Of a stretch of DNA of 44,117 nucleotides, positions 34,713 to 44,117 are shown piece by piece. The notes under the pieces are model-generated. The model was not told the DNA's origin. It was given only the letters and a program-made list of their open reading frames with translations, and made no database searches. Source of the stretch: a virus (lineage: Duplodnaviria; Caudoviricetes); the IMG/VR virus record IMGVR_UViG_3300047479_000028, positions 1 through 44,117 of that record, one strand, 5' to 3'. The stretch's first letter is position 1, and the number at the start of each line of letters is the position of its first letter. The translations under genes and the position numbers were made by a program.

Positions 34713-35065
34713 GAAAGTTTCTTCTCATTCTAGTTCTTCTCTCAGCTTGTGCAAAAGAACCACCTAATCTCTCGCCAATAACCCATTCTCAATTCATTGC
34801 AGACAGATATATTAAAGCATTAGATGATTTAAATAATGGATTAGAAATCGCTTTCAAAGCCGGAAAGCTCTCAAAAGAGAATACTCAAATAGCAGCTCAG
34901 ATTATTCAAGTTGCTTTAATTACAATTCACGATTCTCCTAATGGAGCTAAAAGCTCTGCATTAACTGCTATTGCTAATATTAGACTAAAAGTTTCTGCTG
35001 GTGAACTAGTTAAGTTTACTCCTTATCTCGACGCAGCTAGGACTGTAATTGAAGGGTTAAATTAA
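34709..35065 (+). CDS. Lipoprotein (spanin-like candidate)
   Basis: MRKFLLILVLLSAC signal peptide with lipobox LSAC. Confidence 0.7.
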   Translation: MRKFLLILVLLSACAKEPPNLSPITHSQFIADRYIKALDDLNNGLEIAFKAGKLSKENTQIAAQIIQVALITIHDSPNGAKSSALTAIANIRLKVSAGELVKFTPYLDAARTVIEGLN

Positions 35066-35232
35066 TGAATCCAGAACTAATCAATCTCATTGCTGGATTT
35101 ACATTAAATTTGATCGAAGAGTTTAGACATCGTAAAGATACTCCTACTGAAGATGAAATTGCTGCTAGGTTTGAACTACACTACAAAGCAGCATTAGTAG
35201 ACAACCAGCGGCTAATTGATGAGACAAAGTAA
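35065..35232 (+). CDS. Hypothetical protein (55 aa)
   Basis: MNPELINLIAGFTLNLIEEFR...; TAATG overlaps on both sides. Confidence 0.65.
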   Translation: MNPELINLIAGFTLNLIEEFRHRKDTPTEDEIAARFELHYKAALVDNQRLIDETK

Positions 35233-35585
35233 TGTCAGATCCAACAATATTCGCAGCCGCTAGTGGAGTTGATTTTACATTACAAGATGCTCAAACAACT
35301 GGCAATGGTAATGTATTAGCAATTCCTCCTTCAATTCGTAGACATAATATTACAATCATTGGTGGTCACACTGTATCCACTGGAGCAATTCAAATTGAAT
35401 CTGCTGATACTCCTGATTACTCTGGAACATGGGGGCAAATAGGTGGTGGTCCTATAACCATTGTAGATAGTACAAGTATTGTAGTTACATTTGAAGGGAT
35501 ATTTAATTTTATTAGAACTAGAATTTCTACAAATGTCACTGGAACTAATGGAACTGTCTCAGTTGTTTATAGAGGGACTCATTAA
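35232..35585 (+). CDS. Small beta-sandwich putative virion protein
   Basis: IQIESAD...TW...FIRTRIST pattern; Thr/Gly-rich. Confidence 0.55.
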   Translation: MSDPTIFAAASGVDFTLQDAQTTGNGNVLAIPPSIRRHNITIIGGHTVSTGAIQIESADTPDYSGTWGQIGGGPITIVDSTSIVVTFEGIFNFIRTRISTNVTGTNGTVSVVYRGTH

Positions 35586-36371
35586 ATGAGAAATAAATTT
35601 AAAATCTTGTTAGCAGCGATAATCATATTTTTAATTCCATTTATTGTAATAATTCTCTATGCCCAACAGCAATCTGGAACACCTAGTACTATTAGAGTTT
35701 TAACCGATGCCAATGGCTCATTAATAGTTGCATCAGCCGCTCAGTCCTCACCAATTAGTCAACCAATAGTATTTTCTAATACAAGACTTAAAACTGACTC
35801 CAATGGCTCCTTAGTAGTAGTCCCATTCCTAACCGCTGGGGGTGGAACGACCCAATACTATCCTAATGGAGTAATCTATTGGGAAAATCCAGCAGTTATT
35901 ACTACGGTAGGCTCTACTACATGGGTTACTTCTACTGCCTATCCATTAGCTGCTGGGACATTAGCAACTAATGGAGATTCTCTTAGAATAGAAGTAGAGG
36001 TTACTTTAGGAACAGCAGCGGCTGAGAATAAAAACTTAGCGTGCAATTTAGGCTATTCAGCATTTTCTACTACTACTGGAGTATTTACAGGTGGTTTGAC
36101 TTTTATTAGTGAGTCTTCCGCTAGTAATTCTGGAACTCTTTCTTGGCATGCTAGAAGTTGGATTACAAGACTTTCTGCTACATCTCAAAGTTCTCATTGG
36201 TGGACTAATTGGGAAGGAGCTACAACTACTCAATCTGCTGCATATTCTAATGCGAGTACATTAACCTGGGCTAATGCGATGAATCTTCTTTGTGCTGTTG
36301 GTAACATAACTGCTATGAATACACAAACACTAAAACTTCAAGAAGTTCGAGTTTATTGGGATCCAAGATAG
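35586..36371 (+). CDS. Signal-anchored beta-rich protein
   Basis: N-terminal hydrophobic segment ILLAAIIIFLIPFIVIILYA; duplicated motif RVLTDANGSLIV / RLKTDSNGSLVV. Confidence 0.65.
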   Translation: MRNKFKILLAAIIIFLIPFIVIILYAQQQSGTPSTIRVLTDANGSLIVASAAQSSPISQPIVFSNTRLKTDSNGSLVVVPFLTAGGGTTQYYPNGVIYWENPAVITTVGSTTWVTSTAYPLAAGTLATNGDSLRIEVEVTLGTAAAENKNLACNLGYSAFSTTTGVFTGGLTFISESSASNSGTLSWHARSWITRLSATSQSSHWWTNWEGATTTQSAAYSNASTLTWANAMNLLCAVGNITAMNTQTLKLQEVRVYWDPR

Positions 36372-36373
36372 TT

Positions 36374-36685
36374 ATGGAAAATCCTGGAGAAATTACAGCA
36401 CATTTTACATCTGCTGCTGCTATTGTCTATGGTATTGAATATCTTAAGCAATGGGGAGCTTTTAGTTGGATTACTACTGATAGTAAAAAGCTGAATCGAA
36501 TAATCTCAGCTATTGTTGCATTAGTTGTATCATTAGGAATTACATTTCAGTATAATAAAACTACAGGAGATTTGATAATTCATAATTTAACTCTAACAAC
36601 ATTAGGAGTACTTTGGGATTGGGCAAAGCAATATCTTGCTCAACAAGTCATTTACGATGGTGTGATTGCGAAGGATATGAAATGA
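36374..36685 (+). CDS. Putative holin (2-3 TM segments)
   Basis: Start moved to ATG at 36374; hydrophobic segments and terminal QQVIYDGV. Confidence 0.55.
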   Translation: MENPGEITAHFTSAAAIVYGIEYLKQWGAFSWITTDSKKLNRIISAIVALVVSLGITFQYNKTTGDLIIHNLTLTTLGVLWDWAKQYLAQQVIYDGVIAKDMK

Positions 36686-37047
36686 AAAAACTCTTTTTTG
36701 TTTTTCTTTTCTCTCTTACTTTTTATGCAGTGAGAGTAAATGCTCAAGCAACTGGAACAAGTAAGCTTGTTTGGGATCAGATTGCTCCGGATTTGGTAAC
36801 TGCTAACTCTTATATATATAAATATTATCCTGATTCTTCACTAACGGGAACATCTTTAAATCCAATTGTCTGCACTGGAACTGCTTCTCCTTTTACTTGT
36901 TCTGTTTCATATCCTGCTTTCACTCCTGGAAACCATACTCTAACAGTAACAGCTTCTAATGCTGCTGGGGAGTCTTTGAAGTCTATTCCTTTTCCTTTTA
37001 CATTCGTTGTTATTCCTGCTGCGCCTACAAATATTCGTATTCAATAA
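36682..37047 (+). CDS. Secreted fibronectin-III/Ig-like protein
   Basis: Start moved to ATG at 36682; Sec signal MKKLFFVFLFSL...VNA|Q; LVWD...Y..Y...GNHTLTVTASNAAGES..S...PAAPTNIRI. Confidence 0.7.
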   Translation: MKKLFFVFLFSLTFYAVRVNAQATGTSKLVWDQIAPDLVTANSYIYKYYPDSSLTGTSLNPIVCTGTASPFTCSVSYPAFTPGNHTLTVTASNAAGESLKSIPFPFTFVVIPAAPTNIRIQ

Positions 37048-37050
37048 CTT

Positions 37051-37635
37051 ATGCTAATTGCTGTTCGGCATGGCAGTACATCCTTCAATGGAGAAGGAGA
37101 AAAACTTAGAGGTTGGCTTGATCTTCCTTTAAGCTCCAGAGGCGAGAAAGAAGCTTGTTGCTCTGCTGATAAGTTAAAAGATATATTGAAAAATACAGAT
37201 ATTAATAACTTTCATTCTTCAGACTTGCTAAGAGCAAGACAAACAGCGGCTGAAATTAAAGCTAGAATTAATAAAGATTATAAAATAACTAGTAAACTAA
37301 GAGATTGGAATATTGGTGAATTTAGCGGTAAATTGGTAGAAGATAATATAAAAAAATTACATTACTTCCTAGATAACCCAGATGAAACAGTAAACAAGGG
37401 AGAATCTTATAATGACTTCTATGATAGAGTATTACCTTTTCTAACTAAGCTAGTTGAGAGTAATAATACTAACTTAGCTGTTACACATAATAGACTTACA
37501 ACTTTACTTCAAGCTTTGAGTAAGAATGATGGTGAGTCACCGGATTTGAAAATTTTGAAAAGTAAAGGGCCAATTGATCCAGGCGGAATTCTAGCAGTAT
37601 ATCCTGATTGGTCAACACAAGTGATTATGCGATGA
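37051..37635 (+). CDS. Histidine phosphatase (phosphoglycerate mutase-like) family protein
   Basis: VRHG, RGWLDLPL, SSDLLRARQTA, GES and VTHN motifs. Confidence 0.9.
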   Translation: MLIAVRHGSTSFNGEGEKLRGWLDLPLSSRGEKEACCSADKLKDILKNTDINNFHSSDLLRARQTAAEIKARINKDYKITSKLRDWNIGEFSGKLVEDNIKKLHYFLDNPDETVNKGESYNDFYDRVLPFLTKLVESNNTNLAVTHNRLTTLLQALSKNDGESPDLKILKSKGPIDPGGILAVYPDWSTQVIMR

Positions 37636-39311
37636 TTCAACTATCTGATCCTGGCAATGAATTATATGAAGATTATTTAAAAGATAAAAATATTAAACCA
37701 CATGAAGTGCAGGAAGACCTATTAACTTTACCAGACGAAGTCTTCGAAGCCTTATATGGCGGAGCGGCTTATGGTGGAAAGAGTTGGATACTCACCTTAC
37801 TACCTTTATTTCGTGGATTCTACAAGTTCAGAGGATTTAAAGGAATTATATTACGTAAAAAGTTTCCTGACCTTGAACGAGAAATCATTCGTCTTAGTAA
37901 AGAGTACTACCCTAAAACAGGAGCTAAATATAATGAACAAAAGCATTCTTGGGAATGGCCTGAATTTAATTCTTATTTAGATTTTGGTCATGTTCAGCAT
38001 GATTCTAATATTACGATGTATGACTCTGCTCAATACAATTATTGCGCTTTCGATGAACTTACACATTTTTCATCCTATCCATATCACTATATGGTTGGTA
38101 GCCGGGTTCGTCCTAGTAGTTCTTTTAACATTGCTATCGTTAGAAATGGTTCCAATCCCGGAGGGATCGGGCAGACATTTGTTTATAATAGATTTGTTAA
38201 ACCATATGAAGATGGACGTAAATTAATTCGTGATACTAGCACTGGATTAACTAGAATTTTCATTCCTGCTAAAGCAGAAGATAACCCTTATGGGATGGAG
38301 TATGATCCGCTATATGTTAAGAAACTTGAAATATTAAAAGTTAATTCAGAAGCTGAATACAAAGCTAAAAGATATGGAGATTGGCACGCATTCAAAGGAA
38401 GTGTTTTTACAAGCTTCCGACCAATGCACTTCACTGGTGAACCAGATAACGCTTTGCATGTTATTAAACGATTTCAAATACCAGAATGGTGGCCAAAGAT
38501 ATTGTCTATTGACTGGGGAAAACGGGCTATGTGCTATGCTATGTGGGGGGCAATTGCGCCCAACCGAAGAGTTTACATTTACAGAGAACGAGCATGGTAT
38601 GGTAAGGATATCCCGTATTGGGCTAGTGAAATAAGAGAAATTCATTCCGATAATAATGAGTTGCCAGTGCATACAGTTCTTTGTGGTAGTGCTTGGCAAA
38701 ATCGTGGTGGAGAATTGATTGCTGATGAATTTCAAAAGTATTCTGACTTAGTTCCTTCTAGTTCTGAGAATACTCCTGGAAGTAGAGTAGCTGGATTACA
38801 AATTGTTCATGACTTTCTCCGTTGGGAAAAGAAAACAAATCTTAAAAGTAGAAATGAATTTTATGATACTGTAGTAGCTCAAGAGATTTATCGTAATTAT
38901 GGGCCTGAAGCATTAGAAAATTATAAAAAACAATTTTACGATGAACCCGAAGAAAGTAATTTACCAATACTACAAATCTTTGAGGAATGTAAGATTCTTA
39001 TTGACACTATTCCAATGGCTATTTATAGATCTGATGGTAATGTGGAAGACTTGGATGAATTTGAAGGAGATGACCCTATTGACTGTCTTAGATACTTTTG
39101 TAAAGCAGCTAGAAAATATACTCTTGGAGAAATAGGAAATATGAATTTATTAGAAAAGAAGCAAATTGTTCTATCAGAATTTGGGGTTGATAGTGATGTT
39201 ACTAGAATGTATCGCCGTATGGAATCATTAGAAAGACAAGATCAACAAACTCTAGCAGATTGTATCCCTGTCTCAAGGAGATCAAGATTTGCTAGAAAAG
39301 GGATGCATTGA
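37632..39311 (+). CDS. terL: Terminase large subunit
   Basis: LYGGAAYGGKS Walker A, CAFDEL Walker B, GSNPGG motif III, SIDWG and DDPIDCLRY nuclease motifs; start placed at the ATGA overlap. Confidence 0.93.
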   Translation: MIQLSDPGNELYEDYLKDKNIKPHEVQEDLLTLPDEVFEALYGGAAYGGKSWILTLLPLFRGFYKFRGFKGIILRKKFPDLEREIIRLSKEYYPKTGAKYNEQKHSWEWPEFNSYLDFGHVQHDSNITMYDSAQYNYCAFDELTHFSSYPYHYMVGSRVRPSSSFNIAIVRNGSNPGGIGQTFVYNRFVKPYEDGRKLIRDTSTGLTRIFIPAKAEDNPYGMEYDPLYVKKLEILKVNSEAEYKAKRYGDWHAFKGSVFTSFRPMHFTGEPDNALHVIKRFQIPEWWPKILSIDWGKRAMCYAMWGAIAPNRRVYIYRERAWYGKDIPYWASEIREIHSDNNELPVHTVLCGSAWQNRGGELIADEFQKYSDLVPSSSENTPGSRVAGLQIVHDFLRWEKKTNLKSRNEFYDTVVAQEIYRNYGPEALENYKKQFYDEPEESNLPILQIFEECKILIDTIPMAIYRSDGNVEDLDEFEGDDPIDCLRYFCKAARKYTLGEIGNMNLLEKKQIVLSEFGVDSDVTRMYRRMESLERQDQQTLADCIPVSRRSRFARKGMH

Positions 39312-39769
39312 TGAATAACTTTGACACTCATGAATTAGCATGGTGTGCTGGATTTTTTGACGGAGAGGGTTCTACATATTCTCAGTTACAATCAGCTAGA
39401 GATAGAAAATATATTAATGTTCATATTACTCTTGATGTTGCTCAAGTAAACCCATTACTTTTGCATAAATTTAATAACGCTATTGGAGGATATGGATGGT
39501 TTCATACATCAAAGTTAAGAACTGCTAAATTTGAACATGTACAATATATAATGTGTTTATTATGGAAATGGTTAGGTCCAATTAAAAAAGAGCAATATAA
39601 GAAAACTTCCAGAGAATACTTGTTAAATTGTTGGAAACCTAAATTTGATAGGATATCAATTTATAGAAGAGATTATAATAAATATGGTTCAGCAGCAATG
39701 AGAAATAAAATGTTACTCTATAATATACCTTCTGGGCAACTTATTAATCCTTTTGAGAAGGTAGTCTGA
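39308..39769 (+). CDS. Free-standing single-motif LAGLIDADG-type homing endonuclease
   Basis: ELAWCAGFFDGEGS motif; LWKWLGPIKKEQ; directly after terL. Confidence 0.75.
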   Translation: MMNNFDTHELAWCAGFFDGEGSTYSQLQSARDRKYINVHITLDVAQVNPLLLHKFNNAIGGYGWFHTSKLRTAKFEHVQYIMCLLWKWLGPIKKEQYKKTSREYLLNCWKPKFDRISIYRRDYNKYGSAAMRNKMLLYNIPSGQLINPFEKVV

Positions 39770-40125
39770 TGATCAGACTCATTCTTCGTCTGCTTGGAAT
39801 TCGTGACTTTGAGGTTTGCCGAAGCTGTGAAACTCTCAAACAGCAACTTAGCTTTGCTAACGAAGAGAAGAAAGAACTTACTAAAACTCTCTTGAATATT
39901 ATTAATCCAAAGGTAGTAGAAGCGGCTCCTGTTGAGATTAATTCAATTATACAAACTTCAGGTACTTGGGCAAGACGCAGAGCCGCTCTTGAAGCTAAAG
40001 ATAGAGAGGAAGCTAAGATATTAGCGCATAGTAAAAATGTTGGTAGACCTGATAGTGTTGTTACTAATGTAGATAATATTTCTCAACTAGAAAAAGAGCT
40101 TGGTGTTGAAGAAGAGGTGAGTTAA
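39769..40125 (+). CDS. Hypothetical coiled-coil protein
   Basis: CRSC followed by a coiled coil; between terL and portal. Confidence 0.7.
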   Translation: MIRLILRLLGIRDFEVCRSCETLKQQLSFANEEKKELTKTLLNIINPKVVEAAPVEINSIIQTSGTWARRRAALEAKDREEAKILAHSKNVGRPDSVVTNVDNISQLEKELGVEEEVS

Positions 40126-40127
40126 GA

Positions 40128-40358
40128 ATGGCAAATGTCGCTCCGGCCTCAGTAATTTATACTGGTACTACTGGTCCTGGTCAATCTCTTACAACTAAGA
40201 CTTTTTCCAATGTAGTTGATTTCGAAGTTGACTTTGTGAAGAATACAGTTAAGATTACTAGTGATAATGGATTGACGATTACATATCTTGATTATTCTGC
40301 TATTACTACATTTACTTGGGTTATTACTTCTGGCGTTCCTGTACTAACAATTTCTTAA
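40128..40358 (+). CDS. Small beta protein (paralog 1)
   Basis: GAGGTG RBS. Confidence 0.65.
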   Translation: MANVAPASVIYTGTTGPGQSLTTKTFSNVVDFEVDFVKNTVKITSDNGLTITYLDYSAITTFTWVITSGVPVLTIS

Positions 40359-40360
40359 TC

Positions 40361-40591
40361 ATGAGCCAATCAGCCGTAATCACTGGTGTAGTAACAATTA
40401 CAGCTAAATCTATCAATGGAGATTCTGTAGCTAGCGTATTTAATAATGTTCTTAATTTAACTTTTGATTATTATAAAGGAACTATTAGAGTTGTTGATGC
40501 TATCCTTGGTGAAGCATTCTTTGGTTTAACTCTAGTTACTACAGTTACTTACACAGTTGCAGGTACAACAACTACTGTTGTAGTTTCTTAG
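40361..40591 (+). CDS. Small beta protein (paralog 2)
   Basis: Start moved to ATG at 40361; same length (76 aa) and pattern as the upstream ORF. Confidence 0.65.
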   Translation: MSQSAVITGVVTITAKSINGDSVASVFNNVLNLTFDYYKGTIRVVDAILGEAFFGLTLVTTVTYTVAGTTTTVVVS

Positions 40592-40592
40592 T

Positions 40593-40745
40593 ATGTTTAA
40601 GAAAAAGTCTCCTGTAAATGATAATGATGAAGATGATATTTCTAGCAAGCAAGGCTTGAGTCCCTCATCTAACTTTATGAGTAGAATGATGAAGAATCCT
40701 AAAGGAGTCATTAAGAAGAAGTTAATGTTTAAAAAGAAGAAGTAA
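40593..40745 (+). CDS. Small basic protein (50 aa)
   Basis: MFKKKSPVNDNDEDDISSKQG...KKKLMFKKKK; fills the gap between neighbours. Confidence 0.55.
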   Translation: MFKKKSPVNDNDEDDISSKQGLSPSSNFMSRMMKNPKGVIKKKLMFKKKK

Positions 40746-40746
40746 T

Positions 40747-41016
40747 ATGCCATATAACCAAGTAATGCACAAGTTTAAAACTGGAGCACTCCACTCTGGC
40801 TCTAAGAGTGGAAAACTAGTTAAAAATCGTAAGCAAGCCATTGCTATAATGCTTTCTGAGAAAAAGAAAGCGGAGGGTGGTGATTCTGAGTACAAAGCTG
40901 ATAATGAAAATTTTGGCGGTAATATGAAATCTAAGAGTATTAGCCCTAGTATTAAATCATTTAATAAAATGATGGGAAATATTTCAGGCAAGAAAAAGAA
41001 ATTGAAGCTAAAGTAA
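40747..41016 (+). CDS. DUF6496-like small basic protein
   Basis: VMHKFKTGALHSGSKSGKLVKNRKQAIAIMLSE. Confidence 0.75.
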   Translation: MPYNQVMHKFKTGALHSGSKSGKLVKNRKQAIAIMLSEKKKAEGGDSEYKADNENFGGNMKSKSISPSIKSFNKMMGNISGKKKKLKLK

Positions 41017-43397
41017 TGTCTGAAAAAGTTAAGAAGACTAATTTAGAAGATGATGAAATAGCTCAACTGCTAAAGACAGTTGTCGAACACTTTGATAAAG
41101 AAGATAGAATGACGCGAGAGCGTCAAATTAGACATTGGCGTAGATTAAAGCTTTATTGGAATAATTTTTCTCAGATTTACTGGTCTGAGGTTGCTCATGA
41201 TTATCGTATATACAATAGAGACATCAATGCAACAGACACAGACCAAGACTACTACGACAAACCTGTTAATGTATTTAAAGCCTTTCTGGAAACTATTATA
41301 GCCGCTCTTAGTATACAAATTCCTGCTGTTAACTGTGTACCTGATGACGCTGATAACCCATTAGATTTATCAACTGCTAAAGCGGGGGATAAAATCGCTG
41401 AGTTAGTTTATAAACATAATAACGTAATGTATTTATGGTTACATGCGCTCTATATTTATTGTACAGAAGGTATGATTGCTTGCTACTCATATCCTAAAGA
41501 AGATGAGAAGTATGGTACTTATGAAGTTCCTAAATATAAGGATGAGGAAATCGAAGCTTACGTTTGTCCTATTTGTCAAACTCAAATTCCCGATGAAGAA
41601 TTCTCTAATGAGGAACTCAATGAGTTCTCTCCCGACGACGATGATGTAGAGATTAAAAACGTGCTTGGAGAGCACGGTCCTATCTGCTTGGAATGTGGAA
41701 CAGCTTTAGATCCTGAACTTCAAAAGATTAAGTTAATTGTTCCTAGAATGGTTGGAATCACTAGTAAACCTAAAAGTCGTATTTGCTTAGAAGTCTATGG
41801 AGGATTATATATCAAGGTAGCTAACTATGCTAAGAAGCAGTGTGATACTCCCTACTTAAATTTTTCTTATGAAACACATTATGCAAATGCACTAGAAAAG
41901 TTTCCTAATATTAGAGAACAACTACCTCATGGAGGTTGGTCTAATTCTGGTGTTAATGATCCATATGAACAGTATGGACGTTTGAATACTCAATATCGTG
42001 GTGAGTTTCCAGTGGAGAATGTAACTGTTAAAAATTCATGGCTTCGACCAGCAGCATTCAATGTGCTACCTGAAGATAATTATAAAAAATTAAAAAAGAG
42101 ATTTCCTGATGGTGCCCGTATTGTTCTTGTGGATAATATCGTTGCTGAATATGAAGCTGAAGCTTTGGATGACTGTTGGACATTGACTGAGAATCCGATG
42201 TCTGATTTTCTTAATCATGATCCTCTTGGTGAATTATTAACTAATATTCAGGATATTGTTAATGATCTAATCTCTTTAACTCTACAAACAATTGAACATG
42301 GTATTGCTCAGACTTGGGCAGATCCAGCCGTTGTCAATTTTAATGCCCAACGTCAAATAGAAGCAATGCCTGGGACATTAACTCCTACGAAACCTGTTAG
42401 TGGAAGTAAGAATTTAAGTGATGCTTTTTATACAAGTAAAACAGCATCATTAAGTGCTGAAGTCTTTAACTTCTATCAAATTATTCAAGAATTAGGACAA
42501 TTTGTTTCTGGTGCTCTCCCAAGTCTTTTTGGTGGTCAACAAGGAGCTGGCAGCAGTAGAACTGCTAGTGAGTATGCAATGTCTAAAGGAATGGCATTGC
42601 AGAGACTTCAAACTCCTTGGAAGATGATGACTATCTGGTGGAAGGAAGTATTTGGTAAAGTAATTCCTATGTATATTAAGAATATGACAACCGACGAACG
42701 TATCGTCGAGAAGAACGATCAAGGTAACTTTATTAATGTCTTCATTCGTAAAGCTGAAACTGATGGTAAAATTGGTGGGATTGAATTAGAGCCTGATGAA
42801 AAGCTTCCTGTCACCGATGAGCAGCAAGCTGATATGATTATGCAACTATTTCAATTAAATAATTCTGAAATTATGCAGGCTCTAATGGATCCAGAAAATC
42901 TTCCATATATTAGTAAAGTTATTAAGATTCCTGAATTTAGATTACCTGGTGAAGATGATAGACAAAAGCAGTATGAAGAGATTAGTGAATTAATTAATTC
43001 TACTCCAATTCCTCCGGATGAAAATTCTATTATATTATATCAGCAAGCTATTCAGGCTCAACAACAAAATCCTAATCACAATACACCTCCACCACAACAA
43101 CCTGAAGAACAATCATCAGTTCCTATTGATCCTGATGTAGATAATCACCAAATTGAAGCTAGTATTTGCCGTTCTTGGCTCATAAGTTCTGCGGGACGAC
43201 TAGCTAAAGTTGAAAATTCTAATGGATATAAGAATGTATTATTACATATGAAAGCTCATATGGCTATTGTACAACAGCAGATGTTAGCTCAATTACAGCA
43301 ACAAACTCAGAGTGCTTCTGGTAAAGTTAATTCACCTAAACCAAAGCAATCTGAAAATGTGACTGGAGAAACAAGTGCCCGAAGTCCTATCTCCTGA
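41016..43397 (+). CDS. Portal protein (P22-like, long)
   Basis: 793 aa between terL and scaffold; PVNVFKAFLE, PAVNCVPDD, LTNIQDIVNDL, SRTASEY, Gln-rich C-terminus and DVDNHQIE. Confidence 0.85.
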   Translation: MSEKVKKTNLEDDEIAQLLKTVVEHFDKEDRMTRERQIRHWRRLKLYWNNFSQIYWSEVAHDYRIYNRDINATDTDQDYYDKPVNVFKAFLETIIAALSIQIPAVNCVPDDADNPLDLSTAKAGDKIAELVYKHNNVMYLWLHALYIYCTEGMIACYSYPKEDEKYGTYEVPKYKDEEIEAYVCPICQTQIPDEEFSNEELNEFSPDDDDVEIKNVLGEHGPICLECGTALDPELQKIKLIVPRMVGITSKPKSRICLEVYGGLYIKVANYAKKQCDTPYLNFSYETHYANALEKFPNIREQLPHGGWSNSGVNDPYEQYGRLNTQYRGEFPVENVTVKNSWLRPAAFNVLPEDNYKKLKKRFPDGARIVLVDNIVAEYEAEALDDCWTLTENPMSDFLNHDPLGELLTNIQDIVNDLISLTLQTIEHGIAQTWADPAVVNFNAQRQIEAMPGTLTPTKPVSGSKNLSDAFYTSKTASLSAEVFNFYQIIQELGQFVSGALPSLFGGQQGAGSSRTASEYAMSKGMALQRLQTPWKMMTIWWKEVFGKVIPMYIKNMTTDERIVEKNDQGNFINVFIRKAETDGKIGGIELEPDEKLPVTDEQQADMIMQLFQLNNSEIMQALMDPENLPYISKVIKIPEFRLPGEDDRQKQYEEISELINSTPIPPDENSIILYQQAIQAQQQNPNHNTPPPQQPEEQSSVPIDPDVDNHQIEASICRSWLISSAGRLAKVENSNGYKNVLLHMKAHMAIVQQQMLAQLQQQTQSASGKVNSPKPKQSENVTGETSARSPIS

Positions 43398-44117
43398 CTC
43401 TAAAATTCCGGCAGCTAAAACTGCTGATGATATTAATGATTTATTTAAGACTATTGATACAGAAGAGGAAGTCCCTGTAAAGAAATCTACGTCTAAAGAA
43501 AAAGAAGAAGGGACTGAAGAAACTGAAGAATCTGAAGATGAAGAATTAGAACTTAAGGAACCTGAAGAAGATTTAGAGAAGCTTGATTTAACAAAAGATG
43601 ATGATATCAATATTGATGCCCCTCCTAGAAAGAAAGAGATTATAAAAGAGTATCCAGAGATTTTCAAGAAGTTTCCATTTCTTGAGAAGATGATGTATCG
43701 CGATAGGGAGTATACTCAACTATTTGGTTCTTTTGATGATGCTAAAGAGGTCGCAGAAAGAGCTGAATCATTTAACTCTTTTGAAACTCAACTTCTTAAA
43801 GGTGATACCGTAGAAATTTTAAAATCTGTTAAAGATACAGATGAGAAAGCTTTCAACATTATTGTTGATGATTATCTGCCAAACTTAGCGAAGGTTGATA
43901 AAGATGCTTATTTTCATGTAGTTGGCAATCTAAACCGAAAATTAATTATGGAAATGGTTCAAGAGGCTAACGAAACTAATAATGATGATTTGAAATCTGC
44001 TGCTCTATTGGTCAATCAATTTGTTTTTGGAACTAGTAAGTTTACGGCTCCAGTAAATAAAGTTGATAGAACAATAAAACCCGAAAATGATGAAGTAGAA
44101 GCTGAACGCCTTTCCTT
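43375..44117 (+). CDS. N-terminal part of putative scaffolding protein (runs off the window end; absent from the ORF track)
   Basis: GTG start with GGAGA RBS; MPEVLSPDSKIPAAKTADDINDLF..., very acidic N-terminus; no stop before 44117. Confidence 0.75.
   Translation, partial: MPEVLSPDSKIPAAKTADDINDLFKTIDTEEEVPVKKSTSKEKEEGTEETEESEDEELELKEPEEDLEKLDLTKDDDINIDAPPRKKEIIKEYPEIFKKFPFLEKMMYRDREYTQLFGSFDDAKEVAERAESFNSFETQLLKGDTVEILKSVKDTDEKAFNIIVDDYLPNLAKVDKDAYFHVVGNLNRKLIMEMVQEANETNNDDLKSAALLVNQFVFGTSKFTAPVNKVDRTIKPENDEVEAERLS

Noticed and set aside
1-44117. tRNA/rRNA genes; apparent abundance of CTAG
   Set aside because: No cloverleaf or T-loop consensus seen in the intergenic gaps. The CTAG impression cannot be supported without a k-mer count against a Markov expectation.

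Overview
The window looks like an essentially complete, circularly permuted ~44-kb genome of an AT-rich tailed phage (Caudoviricetes), probably podovirus-like: it has a P22-type portal, adaptor, nozzle and ejection-protein layout and no tape-measure gene. A + strand late arm runs from ~33.77 kb through the window end and on to 15.6 kb. It carries a TerS candidate, lysis/membrane genes, histidine phosphatase, TerL, portal, scaffold (split across the window ends), major capsid, GT2 glycosyltransferase, beta-helix protein, adaptor, nozzle, M15 peptidase and three ejection proteins. A - strand early/replication arm (15.6-31.74 kb) carries a UDG-fused family A DNA polymerase, DUF3987-type ATPase/helicase, SNF2 helicase, Sak4-like ATPase/SSB/Cas4-like exonuclease, two all-alpha NTP pyrophosphatases and an Acb2/Tad1-like protein. 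A GC-richer control region (31.74-33.77 kb) with four sigma70-like promoters separates the arms. The most unusual observations are: (1) a tail nozzle apparently split over three ORFs, one piece fused to a large passenger domain; (2) a 64-codon in-frame tract made almost entirely of NAC codons (Tyr/Asn/His/Asp); (3) a symmetric origin-like element (AT-only core between inverted repeats and two TGTCC-N8-GGACA palindromes); (4) several long intergenic RNA hairpins. I recognised no integrase, primase, tRNA, CRISPR array or reverse transcriptase. All product calls come from motifs and synteny read by eye; no database searches were run.
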